64,000 bases of DNA from an uncultured Verrucomicrobiae bacterium (GTDB lineage: Bacteria > Verrucomicrobiota > Verrucomicrobiia > Limisphaerales > Palsa-1400): assembly GCA_963707025.1 (NCBI GenBank), contig CAVPOM010000012.1, forward strand, positions 288,001 through 352,000, in the 5' to 3' direction. Positions 63,880 through 64,000 of this stretch are shown here, piece after piece. Both the position numbers and the translations under genes were made by a program. How positions within the stretch are numbered: position 1 is the first letter of the stretch; each line of letters begins with the position of its first letter. The notes beneath the pieces are model-generated. The model was not told where the DNA came from. It ran no database searches and was given only the letters and a program-made list of their open reading frames with translations.

Positions 63880-64000
63880 GCGCCATTCCCCGAGGACGGG
63901 CGCACTCCTGTGGCATTCTTGCGCTTAGAGCGTTTTCAAGAAAACTGTAGCCGCAGTACGTGGTAGGGTCCCGGCAGGCCGGGATTGCCCGCCGCGGCGC

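Larger units (their letters stand above)
61986..63888 (+). mobile_element. IS4-family element, perfect 18-bp TIR GAATGGCGCTTAAATAAG, TSD CCCGAGGACGGG (10-12 bp depending on boundary)
   Basis: TSD at 61974-61985 and 63889-63900. Confidence 0.93.

Overview
High-GC bacterial DNA whose gene families suggest a Verrucomicrobiota (Pedosphaera/Limisphaerales-like) genome; the taxonomy is inferred. Four blocks. (1) 1-16.4 kb, minus strand: a Wzx/Wzy-type polysaccharide cluster (outer-membrane barrel, Wza, Wzc, YdcF, glycosyltransferases, Wzx, FkbM, Wzy). Its leader carries a c-di-GMP-I (GEMM-I)-like RNA with an atypical UUU junction, and a DUF2723/TPR gene lies upstream. (2) 17.4-52.7 kb: a ~35 kb glycan-utilisation locus without recognisable SusC/SusD. 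It encodes GH95-like, GH71/99-like, GH92, GH87-like, GH43, GH3 and beta-helix enzymes, two prepilin/H-X9-DG (DUF1559-type) proteins, three giant secreted modular proteins sharing a LamG-like domain and a C-terminal 'W..V...F(Y/F)(R/Q)' domain, and a sensor kinase/NarL-type regulator pair. Every divergent or leading promoter region of this locus carries the palindrome ATCCCCG-N4-CGGGGAT (7 copies), mostly 21-23 nt upstream of a -10-like hexamer. (3) tRNA-Leu(TAA) and a hypothetical gene. (4) 54.5-64 kb: an IS-rich region with an IS1-like remnant, low-GC membrane-protein genes broken by three IS3 elements, and an IS4-family element inserted into a REP-like palindrome. About ten single-base frameshifts, mostly in short base runs, suggest sequencing or assembly indels rather than true pseudogenes. 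No CRISPR array, rRNA, reverse transcriptase or integrase was seen.
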